A stretch of 64,000 nt of DNA from Alistipes sp. (GCA_045654345.1 JAZOND010000027.1:19889-83888), one strand, 5' to 3'. Positions 39,002-49,422 are shown, numbered from the stretch's first letter. Notes: generated by a model from the letters alone, not told the origin. A program made the numbers and translations.

Positions 39002-39373
39002 CTATTTTTCTATCTCCATTTTGCAATACTCCATATCGTGCTCAAGCTGCGCTCTAAGCTCGGCTACAGATGAGAACTTACGCTCATTACGAATCTTCTC
39101 GACAAGTCGCACAGTAAGCCTTCTGCCATACAGATCGCCACGAAAGTCGAAGATATGGGTCTCGAGCCAGCGACCCGTACTCTCAACAGATGGGCGGATG
39201 CCCACATTAGACATAGCGTGGTAGATAACCCCATCAATCTCTATCTCCGAGCGATAGACGCCATTGGTAATATCCTCGCGAGCCGATATATCCATATTGG
39301 CAGTAGGAAAGCCCAGCTTACGACCCAACCTATTGCCCGAAACCACCTCTGCCTGAACAACAACGCCCTCCAT
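39002..39373 (-). CDS. Stand-alone riboflavin kinase (flavokinase domain only)
   Basis: GNRLGRKLGFPTAN, GVY, NVGIRPS, LETHIFDF, IRNERKF; no FAD synthetase domain. Confidence 0.88.
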   Translation of the reverse strand: MEGVVVQAEVVSGNRLGRKLGFPTANMDISAREDITNGVYRSEIEIDGVIYHAMSNVGIRPSVESTGRWLETHIFDFRGDLYGRRLTVRLVEKIRNERKFSSVAELRAQLEHDMEYCKMEIEK

Positions 39374-40476
39374 TAGATATCCTTTGTCAATTTTTTAACA
39401 AGCGCATACTGCGAGAAGAACTCCTTTGCAAATACGCGCAGCACTGTATATGATGGTATAGCAAGCAGCATACCTACAATCCCGCCCAAAGAGCCTGCCA
39501 TAAGCAACACGATAAAGACCTCTAACGGATGGGCATTTACCCTCTCAGAGTAGAGCGTCGGCTGCAGCACAAAGTCATCCAAGGCCTTGATAGTAAGCAG
39601 CGTACCAGCAATAACGGCAAGGGTATAACCGATAGTTGCACCCTCGATTGGCGAGACAACACCCACAAAAAGCGAAGCTACGCCACCCATCAGCGGACCT
39701 GCATATGGGATGACATTCATCACGCCCATAATCACACCGATAAAGCAGGCATTAGATGCACTGACACCAAAAATCATAAGCACCACCGAGATTACCGTCA
39801 TAAGTATAAAGCTCTCAGCCATAAGACCCGCAAAGTAGCGCGACAGAAGTGATGTAATCTTATCAAGTGCGCGATTAATATTCTCCTTATATCTCTCAGG
39901 GAACAGCGCACTGACCATCTTATAGAACAAACCATCCTCCTTAAGGAAGAAGAATGTGATAAACGACACAGAGAAGAATGCGATAACCGTGGAGGTTGTA
40001 ATATCCACCACAGAGGTAAATGCACTATTGAGAGTTTGATAATTCAGCACCCTACGCAGCCAATCGACGAGGAAATCTGAAACAGACACACTCTGCTGCC
40101 ACACAATGCCCATAGAGCTAAGATACTGCTGAATATGCTCAACGGGCTGCTGTATATGTGCAACCACAGCCCTTAGATCAAGGGTCGAGAGTGACGATAG
40201 TTTGCTAACCACGATAGGTACCACCAGCAGGCAGAAGCCTACCAACGCTATCCATATTAGCACAAGGGTAACAAGTGCCGCCAATGCACGCGGAACATAC
40301 CACTTACCCACCTTGATATTAGAGAGGAAGTTGACAACTGGCCTAAAGACGATGGCCAGCACCGCCGAGATAAGGATATAGACAACCGTAGAGCTGAAGT
40401 ACCACAATAGCGCACCTACAATCAGCATCACAGCCACTCCTGCGACCCACTTGCCAATATTGCTCTGACTACTCAT
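39373..40476 (-). CDS. AI-2E family transporter (PerM/TqsA-like)
   Basis: TM pattern; FFFLKE, NVIPYAGP, DDFVLQPTL, VNAHPLEV, GGIVGMLLAIP. Confidence 0.88.
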   Translation of the reverse strand: MSSQSNIGKWVAGVAVMLIVGALLWYFSSTVVYILISAVLAIVFRPVVNFLSNIKVGKWYVPRALAALVTLVLIWIALVGFCLLVVPIVVSKLSSLSTLDLRAVVAHIQQPVEHIQQYLSSMGIVWQQSVSVSDFLVDWLRRVLNYQTLNSAFTSVVDITTSTVIAFFSVSFITFFFLKEDGLFYKMVSALFPERYKENINRALDKITSLLSRYFAGLMAESFILMTVISVVLMIFGVSASNACFIGVIMGVMNVIPYAGPLMGGVASLFVGVVSPIEGATIGYTLAVIAGTLLTIKALDDFVLQPTLYSERVNAHPLEVFIVLLMAGSLGGIVGMLLAIPSYTVLRVFAKEFFSQYALVKKLTKDI

Positions 40477-41161
40477 CAGCATCCTCTACGCCAAAATCGC
40501 CAATACGCGCAATAGGAGTCTGGGTACCAACTACGCGGTCACCAATCTCTACAAGAAGCTCTGCATTCTCAGGTAACAGAATATCAATACGCGAGCCAAA
40601 CTTGATAAAGCCGCACTTATCATTCTGATTTACAACCTCATCAACCTTTACATAGCTTACGATACGACGCGCAACAAAGCCCGCAATCTGGCGGAAGAGA
40701 ACCTCCACACCATTCTTAGTCTCGACAACAGTTGTTGTGCGCTCATTATCGGTAGATGACTTAGGATGCCAAGCAAGCAGGAAGCGACCAGGGTGGTACT
40801 TGAAGTACTTAACCACACCACCTACAGGGAACCAGTTGATGTGTACATTGGTAACAGACATAAAGATAGACACCTGCATACGCTTACCCTTGAAGTACTC
40901 GTCATCCTGAACAACCTCAGTAACCACCACGCGACCATCGCAAGGTGAGAATACCAAATTCTCATCGTGAATCTTAATTCTTCGTGGCTCGCGGAAGAAC
41001 GAAACGATAAAGAACCAGAATGCCAAAAGCAGCACCGAAATAAGAACAAGTAGCCAGATGCTCTCGCGTACCGCTACCATATAATACAGCAGTGTCCAAA
41101 CTGCAGCAAGACCAACACCCGAAATGGTAATAATCTTATAACCCTCTTTATTTATCTTCAT
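40469..41161 (-). CDS. psd: Phosphatidylserine decarboxylase proenzyme
   Basis: FFREPRR, SPCDGRV, IFMSVTNVHIN, SSTDNER, RQIAG, self-cleavage KFGSRID. Confidence 0.92.
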   Translation of the reverse strand: MKINKEGYKIITISGVGLAAVWTLLYYMVAVRESIWLLVLISVLLLAFWFFIVSFFREPRRIKIHDENLVFSPCDGRVVVTEVVQDDEYFKGKRMQVSIFMSVTNVHINWFPVGGVVKYFKYHPGRFLLAWHPKSSTDNERTTTVVETKNGVEVLFRQIAGFVARRIVSYVKVDEVVNQNDKCGFIKFGSRIDILLPENAELLVEIGDRVVGTQTPIARIGDFGVEDADE

Positions 41162-41180
41162 AATTTCTATATTATTTCAA

Positions 41181-42038
41181 TTAACTTACAAGTATCAGAT
41201 AGAGCACCACATATGGCGCAGAGATAAACAGCGCATCGAATCTATCAAGCACACCGCCGTGACCAGGCATAATAGTACCCGAATCCTTCACGCCCGCGCT
41301 ACGCTTAAAGAGCGACTCTACAAAGTCGCCAGCCACACCCGTAACGGCAATAATTGCGCCCATACCTGCCCAAATCAACACATTTGCATCGAGCAGATAG
41401 CCCCACAGAGCAGCAAAGCCTATAGCGGCAATAACACCACCTACAAAGCCCTCCCAGCTCTTCTTCGGAGAGATGCGCTCGCACATACGATGACGACCGA
41501 TGCTCATACCTGTAAGGTATGCAAACGAATCATTAGCCCAGATTGTGAGGATATAGCACAGCGCACACCACGGATTCCACGCTCCATTGCCCAGCAGAAG
41601 TGGTATTGCCAGCATAAGTGCCATAGGAAATGCCACATAGAGTACACCGCCAAGCGTTGTTGCCACATTAGCAATAGGATGCTCCACATTGCGGAACAGC
41701 TCGCAGACAAATACTGTCGGTATAGCCACAAGAGCGTAGAGCAACGCCGCGAGAATAACCATCTCTGCCTCTAATGAGCGCGAGATGGCAAATGAGGCAA
41801 ATATAGCTGCGCCAAGGCCAAAGAGAATTACGCCCAGCACAACGCCCATAACTCTCTGAGGTGTGTAACCGCAAGCAGCTGCAAGATTATAGAACTCCCA
41901 TATGCCAATAGCTGTAATTACTGCCAGCAGAGCTATATAACCCCACGGAGAGAGGAGTGTCACCCCGAAGAGTATAGCCGCCAGCACTGCCCCGCTAAGG
42001 GTGCGCACGGTTAAGTTCTTAAGTTTAGTTTTATCCAT
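41181..42038 (-). CDS. cdsA: Phosphatidate cytidylyltransferase
   Basis: WANDSFAY, ISPKKSWEG, GDFVESLFKR, KDSG..MPGHGGVLDRFD. Confidence 0.94.
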   Translation of the reverse strand: MDKTKLKNLTVRTLSGAVLAAILFGVTLLSPWGYIALLAVITAIGIWEFYNLAAACGYTPQRVMGVVLGVILFGLGAAIFASFAISRSLEAEMVILAALLYALVAIPTVFVCELFRNVEHPIANVATTLGGVLYVAFPMALMLAIPLLLGNGAWNPWCALCYILTIWANDSFAYLTGMSIGRHRMCERISPKKSWEGFVGGVIAAIGFAALWGYLLDANVLIWAGMGAIIAVTGVAGDFVESLFKRSAGVKDSGTIMPGHGGVLDRFDALFISAPYVVLYLILVS

Positions 42039-42062
42039 ATAGTTTAGGTTAGTTAGGTTTTC

Positions 42063-44033
42063 TTAAGCATTCTCAGTGGCGGTCTCAGTAGCCTCTGGAG
42101 CGGTCTCTGCAGCTGGCTCCTGGTTCTTCTGACCATCACGCTTACCGAAGATGCGCTCTACATCCTCAGTAAAGACTACCTCGCGCTCAAGCAGCAGCTC
42201 TGCAAGGGCTGTAAGACCCTCACGGTTCTCGAGAATTGTGCGCTCAGCCATAGCATACGCCTCGGCAATAATAGCCTTCACCTCGTCATCAATCTGCTGT
42301 GCAGTGCGCTCTGAGTACGGCTTGGTAAATGCCATATCGCTCTGACCTGTAGAGTCGTAGTAGCTGATAGTACCCACCTTATCGCTCATACCGTAGTAGG
42401 CAACCATTGCGTAGACCTGCTTGGTCACACGCTCAAGGTCGTTCAGCGCACCTGTAGAGAGGTGGCCGAAGAATATCTGCTCTGACACTCGACCTGCAAG
42501 GGTTGCTGCAATCTCGTCCATCCACTGAGCCTTAGTGGTAATCTGACGCTCCTCTGGCAGATACCACGCTGCACCAAGTGCCTTACCGCGTGGGATGATA
42601 GTCACCTTGATAAGCGGATTGGCGTGCTTAAGCTTCCAGCTAACAGTAGCGTGACCCGCCTCGTGGAAGGCGATAGTGCGCTTCTCGGCAGCTGAGATAA
42701 CCTTATTCTTACGCTCAAGGCCACCGATAATACGGTCGATAGCAGCAAGGAAGTCCTCCTTAGACACGAACTTCTTATTGTTTCGAGCAGCGATAAGTGC
42801 TGCCTCGTTACATACATTGGCAATATCGGCACCCGAGAAGCCAGGTGTCTGGCGAGCCAAGAACTCGCGATCCAAATCCGGATCGAGCTTGAGCTTACGC
42901 AGGTGTACCTCGAAGATCTCCTTACGCTCGTGAATCTCTGGCAGACCAACCTCAATCTGACGATCAAAGCGGCCAGCACGCATCAGTGCCTTGTCAAGGA
43001 TATCGGCGCGGTTTGTAGCAGCAAGCACAATCACGCCTGCATTGGTCTGGAAGCCGTCCATCTCTGTGAGCAACTGGTTGAGCGTATTCTCGCGCTCATC
43101 GTTACCCGAGAAGCCTGCATTGCGACCACGAGCACGACCTATAGCGTCGATCTCGTCGATAAATACAATACAAGGGGCCTTCTGCTTTGCCTGCTCAAAG
43201 AGGTCTCGCACACGCGAAGCACCCACACCCACGAACATCTCGACAAAGTCAGAACCCGAGATAGAGAGGAATGGCACATTAGCCTCACCTGCCACAGCCT
43301 TGGCAAGCAATGTCTTACCCGTTCCCGGAGGACCTACAAGCAGTGCGCCCTTTGGAATCTTTGCACCCAGCTCGCGGTACTTACCCGCATTCTTAAGGAA
43401 GTCGACAATCTCCATAATCTCGACCTTCGCCTCCTCAAGACCTGCAACATCCTTAAATGTAATCTTGCGATTAGGGTCTGATTGGTCAAACTCCTGCGCA
43501 CGCGCCTTACCGACATTCATAATGCCGCCGCCACCGCCACCGGCACCGCCACGGCTAAAGCCACGCATAAGCAGCAGCCAGATAACGATAAAGAAGACCC
43601 ACGGCAGCCAGCTAAACAGCGAATCCATCCAGCCACCACGGTTATTGTCGTAGACCAGCTTCACATCTGTAGGCGAGGTCTCCACGGCCTTATCAAAATC
43701 CTGACGGAAGGTATCTACAGAGCCAATCTGGAACTCAAGCTGATGTCCCTGTTCCGGAATATTTACAAACTCAGACTCCTGCTCGGCCTTCAACTCCTTA
43801 ACAGCCTCAGGGGTAAGGGTTACAAGGGCCTTATCGCGGTTGACAACCTCGATTTTACTAACCATACCGCGAGAGATAAACTGCTCGGTCTGACGCCAAT
43901 CGCTCTGCTTTGGTGCATCCTTATCACCACCAAAGAAGGCAAAGCCTATAATTGCGATAAAGACTACCGTCCACAACCACATCATATTGGGACGGAAGCT
44001 GAAAAATGTATTGTTTTTCTTCTTACTTGCCAT
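42063..44033 (-). CDS. ftsH: ATP-dependent zinc metalloprotease FtsH
   Basis: Two [40 protein letters not shown]. Confidence 0.97.
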   Translation of the reverse strand: MASKKKNNTFFSFRPNMMWLWTVVFIAIIGFAFFGGDKDAPKQSDWRQTEQFISRGMVSKIEVVNRDKALVTLTPEAVKELKAEQESEFVNIPEQGHQLEFQIGSVDTFRQDFDKAVETSPTDVKLVYDNNRGGWMDSLFSWLPWVFFIVIWLLLMRGFSRGGAGGGGGGIMNVGKARAQEFDQSDPNRKITFKDVAGLEEAKVEIMEIVDFLKNAGKYRELGAKIPKGALLVGPPGTGKTLLAKAVAGEANVPFLSISGSDFVEMFVGVGASRVRDLFEQAKQKAPCIVFIDEIDAIGRARGRNAGFSGNDERENTLNQLLTEMDGFQTNAGVIVLAATNRADILDKALMRAGRFDRQIEVGLPEIHERKEIFEVHLRKLKLDPDLDREFLARQTPGFSGADIANVCNEAALIAARNNKKFVSKEDFLAAIDRIIGGLERKNKVISAAEKRTIAFHEAGHATVSWKLKHANPLIKVTIIPRGKALGAAWYLPEERQITTKAQWMDEIAATLAGRVSEQIFFGHLSTGALNDLERVTKQVYAMVAYYGMSDKVGTISYYDSTGQSDMAFTKPYSERTAQQIDDEVKAIIAEAYAMAERTILENREGLTALAELLLEREVVFTEDVERIFGKRDGQKNQEPAAETAPEATETATENA

Positions 44034-44131
44034 AATTTTTACACAGTATTATTGTACAACTTCTGCTGTACAACGAATACTCGCCGCACAAGATTGTACA
44101 AAAGCAAAAAAAGTGCTACAAAATGTAGCCG

Positions 44132-44488
44132 CTACACCTCGTCGTTGTACTCCACCATAGGGGCATCTGCCCATAGATCCTCAAGGCGATAGTAGTCACG
44201 AAGCTCGCTCTGGAAGATATGAACCACAACATCAATATAGTCCATAGCCACCCAAAGGCCTGTCTGCTTACCCTCAACACGCCAAGGATTCTGACCCAAC
44301 TTGAGATAAACAGCCTCCTCAATAGAGTCGGCAATAGCCGCAACCTGAGTAGTCGAGTCGGCATTACAAACCACAAAGTGAGAGCAGATGGTGCCATCCA
44401 TACCACTTAAGTCGAGTGATACAACACCCTTGCCCTTTTTATCCAGAATTGCCTGCGCAATTACATCTATCAATACCTGTTCTTCCAT
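44132..44488 (-). CDS. rsfS: Ribosome silencing factor
   Basis: ILDKKG, FVVCNADS, WVAMDY, VHIF, YYRLEDLW. Confidence 0.93.
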   Translation of the reverse strand: MEEQVLIDVIAQAILDKKGKGVVSLDLSGMDGTICSHFVVCNADSTTQVAAIADSIEEAVYLKLGQNPWRVEGKQTGLWVAMDYIDVVVHIFQSELRDYYRLEDLWADAPMVEYNDEV

Positions 44489-44552
44489 AAGGAATGTCCT
44501 ATTTTTTTAATTATTATTTATCTTCTATTATTTGATTAATACTATAATCACG

Positions 44553-44560
44553 CAAAGATA
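44553..44560 (-). promoter_or_regulatory. -7 element for rsfS-ftsH operon
   Basis: Minus-strand TATCTTTG. Confidence 0.55.
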
Positions 44561-44622
44561 ATAAATTATATCGAAAATCAAAACTCTTTGACCATCTATT
44601 TACCCAGAAAAGGCTTTTAAGG

Positions 44623-45936
44623 CTATTTATCGCTCTTTTTATAGACCATTTCGAGGCGATTTGACATAAAATATTGCGCCACACCACGCAGAGCCATATA
44701 CATTGCAAAGGCCAGCCAAAGGGCATTATTTCCAATCAAAGGGTGCAGCGAATAGTAGAGCACAAAGTAGGCCACCGTAGAGAGCAACATCGAGTTGCGA
44801 AGTATGCGAGTAAGGGTTGCGCCAACCATAATTCCATCCATCAAGAATGGCAGCGCAGCCGCTGCAGGAATAGCTATAACCCAGCCAATATACTGACCTG
44901 CAACTTCCATAATCTCAGGTAGTTGCGCCTTATCACCTACAAACATAGCAATAATCTGCTCCCACCAGCCAACATAGACCGCAATGCAAATAACAGCCGT
45001 ACCAATCGACCAGACAACACTACGACGAATACAGAGGCGGAGCGAGGCCTGATCCTTAGCCCCGATAAACCTACCCGTAAGGGCCTCTGCTGCATAGGCA
45101 AAGCCGTCGTTCATATACGAGAACAGAGTAAAGAGCTGCAGCAGCATAGTGTTGACAGCCAGCACTATATCACTCTCCATACGCGCCGAGGCGGCAGTGA
45201 AAAATGTATAGACGGCAACAATGCAGAATGTGCGGATAATGATATCTCTGTTGACAGCAAAAAACTCCTTCAGCTCGCTCATATCCACCACCTGTGCAAG
45301 TGTCACCTTGCGCAGCGTTTCCCTAAAGAAGATTACCAGCAGCAGTATCGAGAGCAGCATTCCGCTCCACTGCGCAACAACAGCCGCATAAGCAATGCCC
45401 TCGATACTCATATCGCAACCAAAGACAAACCAATAGCTGAGACTCAGGTGAAGGATATTGATAAAAATCGAGGTACACATCGGAATGATGGCGTTCTGCA
45501 TACCCGTAAACCAGCCGTTAAGACCAAAGAGCATAATACCCGCAGGCACTGCCCAAATACGGGCATAAAAGTAGTCGGAAACCATCTGATTTCCATTCAT
45601 CATCCATATCGACAACTCCCCTAACGGATACTGCAACAGCAACATAATAATGCCCAACAAAGCCGAGACAGCCACAGCTCTATAGAGCATAGCTGTTGTG
45701 GTCGTAAAGTCCTTAGCACCAAATGCTTGCGCGGTAATGCCGCTGGTACCCATACGGATAAACGAGCAGTTCCAATAGATAAAATTAAATATCGAAACAC
45801 CGATAGCAAGTGCGCCAATTGTAGCGGCACTATCACCCGTATGACCCGCTATGGCAGTCGAGAAGATACCCATCAGCGGAACGGTGATACTCGATATAAT
45901 ATTTGGTACCGCAATTCTAAAAATTTCCCTATTCAT
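44623..45936 (-). CDS. MATE family efflux transporter (DinF-like)
   Basis: PNIISSITVPLMG, FIRMGTSG, GWFTGMQN, DGFAYAAE, DGIMVGAT; 12 TM. Confidence 0.9.
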   Translation of the reverse strand: MNREIFRIAVPNIISSITVPLMGIFSTAIAGHTGDSAATIGALAIGVSIFNFIYWNCSFIRMGTSGITAQAFGAKDFTTTTAMLYRAVAVSALLGIIMLLLQYPLGELSIWMMNGNQMVSDYFYARIWAVPAGIMLFGLNGWFTGMQNAIIPMCTSIFINILHLSLSYWFVFGCDMSIEGIAYAAVVAQWSGMLLSILLLVIFFRETLRKVTLAQVVDMSELKEFFAVNRDIIIRTFCIVAVYTFFTAASARMESDIVLAVNTMLLQLFTLFSYMNDGFAYAAEALTGRFIGAKDQASLRLCIRRSVVWSIGTAVICIAVYVGWWEQIIAMFVGDKAQLPEIMEVAGQYIGWVIAIPAAAALPFLMDGIMVGATLTRILRNSMLLSTVAYFVLYYSLHPLIGNNALWLAFAMYMALRGVAQYFMSNRLEMVYKKSDK

Positions 45937-46020
45937 ATTGCAAATGTAACTAAAATTTGGAAAAGAGCCACAAGTTTTATAACTTTGTAGAAATTATATA
46001 AATAAATTGCCAATTAAACT

Positions 46021-46452
46021 ATGAAAAAGTTCTTTTGTACAGCTCTTGCCATTGCGGCAGCGCTCTTTGCAATAAGTTGCGATATAGTTCTAAAAGACTA
46101 TCCAATAGTATATTTTGAGAACAGCAGCTATATGATTCCCGCAGCTGGCGGCGAACTGATTATCCCCGTAAAGAGTACTGGTGTTGACAATGTTACAGTC
46201 GGCTACTCTGACAACGCTAACTGGGAGATAGAGAGCAATGGAGACAAGATTCCTACCCAGGGTTGGGTTCAGATAGTAAAGGTTATTGACGACTACCAGA
46301 GCTCTCGCGCCCTGGCAACTTGGACTTCTGGCATCGTGGTTGTCGTAGAGCCAAATAACTCAAACTCTGAGCGTCGCGCAGCTATTACCGTAACCAGCCT
46401 TGGCATATCAGATGCCGTTACTATCGTTCAGCCTGCGGCTCTTGCTAAGTAA
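46021..46452 (+). CDS. BACON-like domain lipoprotein, paralog 1
   Basis: Lipobox AISC; PAAGGEL, GWV, VEPN...ERRAAITV...TIVQ. Confidence 0.65.
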   Translation: MKKFFCTALAIAAALFAISCDIVLKDYPIVYFENSSYMIPAAGGELIIPVKSTGVDNVTVGYSDNANWEIESNGDKIPTQGWVQIVKVIDDYQSSRALATWTSGIVVVVEPNNSNSERRAAITVTSLGISDAVTIVQPAALAK

Positions 46453-46475
46453 TTGAAAATAACCACTATAGACCT

Positions 46476-46919
46476 ATGAAAAGACTCTTTTTTGCAACTA
46501 TTTGCTGTGTTATTTTGGCCACTGCCTGCACTAATAATCAGAACGATCCTGACATTTTAATCGACAAGCCAACCGTATGGTTTGATGTCGAGGAGTACAC
46601 CCTGCCTGCCAATGGTGGTCAGGTGATTATCCCCGTACACTCTACAGGTGTGGACTACGCAACAATAAAGTACACCTTTGAGGATGCGTGGGACTTTACC
46701 TCTGAGGGCAATATGGTGCCGCGTGAGGGTTGGATCTCCCTTGAGGTTATCCCTAACTACGACGAGTCAAGGGCACTTATGACAGGTCGTTCAGGCATCA
46801 AGCTAACCGTAGAGCCAAACAAGAGCGTCTCTAACCGCACGGCGTGGCTTATCGTGGGCAGCTACAACCAGACCACAAGTTTAGTGCTGCATCAGCCAAC
46901 ACCATCTGCAAAACAGTAG
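46476..46919 (+). CDS. BACON-like domain lipoprotein, paralog 2
   Basis: Lipobox ATAC; PANGGQV, GWI, VEPN...NRTAWLIV...LHQ; aligns end to end with paralog 1. Confidence 0.65.
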   Translation: MKRLFFATICCVILATACTNNQNDPDILIDKPTVWFDVEEYTLPANGGQVIIPVHSTGVDYATIKYTFEDAWDFTSEGNMVPREGWISLEVIPNYDESRALMTGRSGIKLTVEPNKSVSNRTAWLIVGSYNQTTSLVLHQPTPSAKQ

Positions 46920-47015
46920 GCTCCGCAGAGCTTACAAAACCTCCTATTAGGGTCTATTTATAAGGTAAAGAGGTATATTTATACCTTTTTGTCACCACTC
47001 TATCAAAATTTTGAC

Positions 47016-47023
47016 TACCTTTG
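47016..47023 (+). promoter_or_regulatory. -7 element for rluB-hpt-queE operon
   Basis: TACCTTTG 38 nt before ATG 47062. Confidence 0.6.
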
Positions 47024-47061
47024 CAGCCAAAATACAATAATTTATAGAACACAGCTTTACA

Positions 47062-48225
47062 ATGGCAAAGTTTAACACAGAGAACTCTTCTACCCTTTCG
47101 CGTTTTGCAAAGGACAAGCGTGTGCGTACAGCTGCTCCAAAGGAGCGCACCGAGCGTACTGAGCGTCCAGAGCGCAACTTCTCACGTACAGATCGCACCT
47201 TCTCGCGCCCTAAGCGCGCATCATATAATCCTCATTTCACCGAGGACAACCGTCTGCGTGACGAGTATACACAGCCAGAGCGCAGTGAGCGCGGCTCTCG
47301 TCCATCACGCCCATCAACTCGCCCAGAGCGTTCATCACGCCCAGATAGCAAGCCTTTTGGCAAGCGCACCGAGGGCGGCTTTAAGGGCAAGAGTCAGGGT
47401 GGTCACACCTCTGGTAAGCCATTTGGTAAGCGTACCGAGGGCGGTTTCAAGGGCAAGCCACGCACACAGGAGCGCAAGAGCTACCCTAAGTTCAACCCTA
47501 ACAAGCAGACTGGCGAGATTCGTCTCAACCGCTTTGTGGCCCAGTCTGGCGTATGCTCACGCCGTGAGGCTGACGAGCTGATTACAGCAGGTCTTGTAAG
47601 TGTAAATGGCGTTATCGTAACCGAGCTTGGTACTAAGGTTATGCCTGGTGACGAGGTTCGTTTCAATGGCGAGAAGATTCAGGGCGAGCACAAGGTTTAC
47701 CTGCTGCTCAACAAGCCTAAGGGCTATGTTACAACCATTGAGGATGACCACGCAGCCAAGACCGTTATGGAGCTTGTTTCGGGTGCTTGCACTGAGCGCA
47801 TCTACCCTGTAGGTCGTCTTGACAAGAACTCTCTTGGTCTGTTGCTCTTCACAAACGATGGTGATATTACCCGCACACTGACACATCCGTCACTCAAGAA
47901 GAAGAAGGTTTACGAGGTGACACTCGACAAGCCGCTGACTCGCGCAGACTTCGACACCCTTGCTGAGGGCGTAACCCTTGAGGATGGTGAGTCATACTTC
48001 GACGAGATCTCTTGGCTTAAGGATGACAAAAAGTCTGTGGGCGTTGAGATTCACTCTGGCCGCAATCGTATTGTGCGCCGTATGTTCGAGCATTTGGGCT
48101 ATCAGGTGACAAAACTCGACCGTGTATACTATGCTGGTCTGACAAAGAAAAACCTCAAGCGCGGTGCTTGGCGTTTCCTTACCGTAGATGAGGTAAATCG
48201 CCTTAAGTCAGGTAGATACGAATAG
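47062..48225 (+). CDS. rRNA pseudouridine synthase (RluB/RsuA family) with long basic N-terminal extension
   Basis: S4-like IRLNRFVAQSGVCSRREAD, LNKPKG, catalytic VGRLD, GRNRIVRRM. Confidence 0.9.
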   Translation: MAKFNTENSSTLSRFAKDKRVRTAAPKERTERTERPERNFSRTDRTFSRPKRASYNPHFTEDNRLRDEYTQPERSERGSRPSRPSTRPERSSRPDSKPFGKRTEGGFKGKSQGGHTSGKPFGKRTEGGFKGKPRTQERKSYPKFNPNKQTGEIRLNRFVAQSGVCSRREADELITAGLVSVNGVIVTELGTKVMPGDEVRFNGEKIQGEHKVYLLLNKPKGYVTTIEDDHAAKTVMELVSGACTERIYPVGRLDKNSLGLLLFTNDGDITRTLTHPSLKKKKVYEVTLDKPLTRADFDTLAEGVTLEDGESYFDEISWLKDDKKSVGVEIHSGRNRIVRRMFEHLGYQVTKLDRVYYAGLTKKNLKRGAWRFLTVDEVNRLKSGRYE

Positions 48226-48257
48226 TTTTCAGACTCTCAAAGATATAGAAAACCCAA

Positions 48258-48803
48258 ATGGAGAAGATAAAACTCAATGACCGCACCTTCAAGGTGATGA
48301 TTCCTGCAGAGCAGATTGATGTTGCTGTGAAAAAGGTTGCCGAGCGACTCAATGCAGACTATGCCAATACCCAGAAGCCCCCTATCTTCGTAGGTGTGCT
48401 ATGCGGTGCTTTTGTATTCCTTGCCGATGTTATGCGCAAGGTTAACTTTACCAACGAGGTGACATTTATTCAGGTATCATCATACCAGGGAACTCAGTCT
48501 ACAGGCAATGTGCAGCAGAAGTTGGGTATCGACTTTGACATTACCGATCGCGATATTATCCTTGTTGAGGATATTGTTGAGACAGGTCACAGCATCGAGC
48601 ATATGATTGAGTATCTCCAGACCCTCAACCCTCGCAGCATTGAGGTATGCACACTCTTCTACAAGCCGGAGAAGCACCTCTACAACCGCGAGATTAAGTA
48701 TGTGGCTATGGAGATTGGCAATGAGTTTATTGTAGGCTACGGTCTTGACTACGATCAGGTTGGTCGCGGACTGAAGGATATATATGTCGTTGACAATGAG
48801 TAA
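48258..48803 (+). CDS. hpt: Hypoxanthine phosphoribosyltransferase
   Basis: GAFVFLAD, SSYQG, ILVEDIVETG, FIVGYGLD. Confidence 0.92.
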   Translation: MEKIKLNDRTFKVMIPAEQIDVAVKKVAERLNADYANTQKPPIFVGVLCGAFVFLADVMRKVNFTNEVTFIQVSSYQGTQSTGNVQQKLGIDFDITDRDIILVEDIVETGHSIEHMIEYLQTLNPRSIEVCTLFYKPEKHLYNREIKYVAMEIGNEFIVGYGLDYDQVGRGLKDIYVVDNE

Positions 48804-49422
48804 CATCGACATTCTGCAAGGCGGAGAGTTACTGCCATTGGTAGAGGATTTCTACACCATTCAGGGCGAGGGATTTCACACGGGTAAGCCCGCATATTTC
48901 ATTCGCCTTGGCGGATGCGATGTAGGCTGTAAGTGGTGCGATGCCAAGTACACCTGGAACCCCAAGCTCTATCCCCCAACAGATATAGATGTGGTTGTGC
49001 GTCGTGCCGTTGAGTGCAGTGCCAAGTCTATCGTCATCACGGGCGGAGAGCCTCTGCTCTACCCTCTTGAGCCGCTGACCACAAAGCTCAGCGAGCAGGG
49101 TCTGCAGATATTCCTCGAGACCTCGGGCAGCCACCCTTTCAGTGGTACCTTTGACTGGGTTTGCCTCTCACCAAAGCGCAAGCAGCCACCTTTAGAGGAG
49201 GCATTTGCCAAGGCTGACGAGTTGAAGGTCATTATCGAGACCGAGGAGGACTTTGCCTGGGCAGAGCAGAATGCAGCCAAGGTAGACGAGAACTGTCTGC
49301 TCTACCTGCAGCCTGAGTGGAGCCGTTCTGCCGAGATGATGCACGCCATAGTGGAGTACGCCAAGGCAAATCCTAAGTGGAGCATATCTATTCAGAGTCA
49401 CAAATTTATGCGCATACCATAA
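48796..49422 (+). CDS. queE: 7-carboxy-7-deazaguanine synthase (radical SAM)
   Basis: FYTIQGEG, CDVGCKWCD, ITGGEP, LETSG, CLSPK, QSHK. Confidence 0.92.
   Translation: MSNIDILQGGELLPLVEDFYTIQGEGFHTGKPAYFIRLGGCDVGCKWCDAKYTWNPKLYPPTDIDVVVRRAVECSAKSIVITGGEPLLYPLEPLTTKLSEQGLQIFLETSGSHPFSGTFDWVCLSPKRKQPPLEEAFAKADELKVIIETEEDFAWAEQNAAKVDENCLLYLQPEWSRSAEMMHAIVEYAKANPKWSISIQSHKFMRIP

Noticed and set aside
38991-39400. FMN, SAM/SAH or preQ1 riboswitches near the riboflavin kinase, luxS or queE
   Set aside because: These genes overlap or nearly abut their upstream neighbours, leaving no leader.
46966-46990. Palindrome AAAGAGGTATA-TT-TATACCTTTTT as an operator or inversion site
   Set aside because: Position and T-tail fit a weak terminator for the lipoprotein pair; no partner repeat or recombinase is present.
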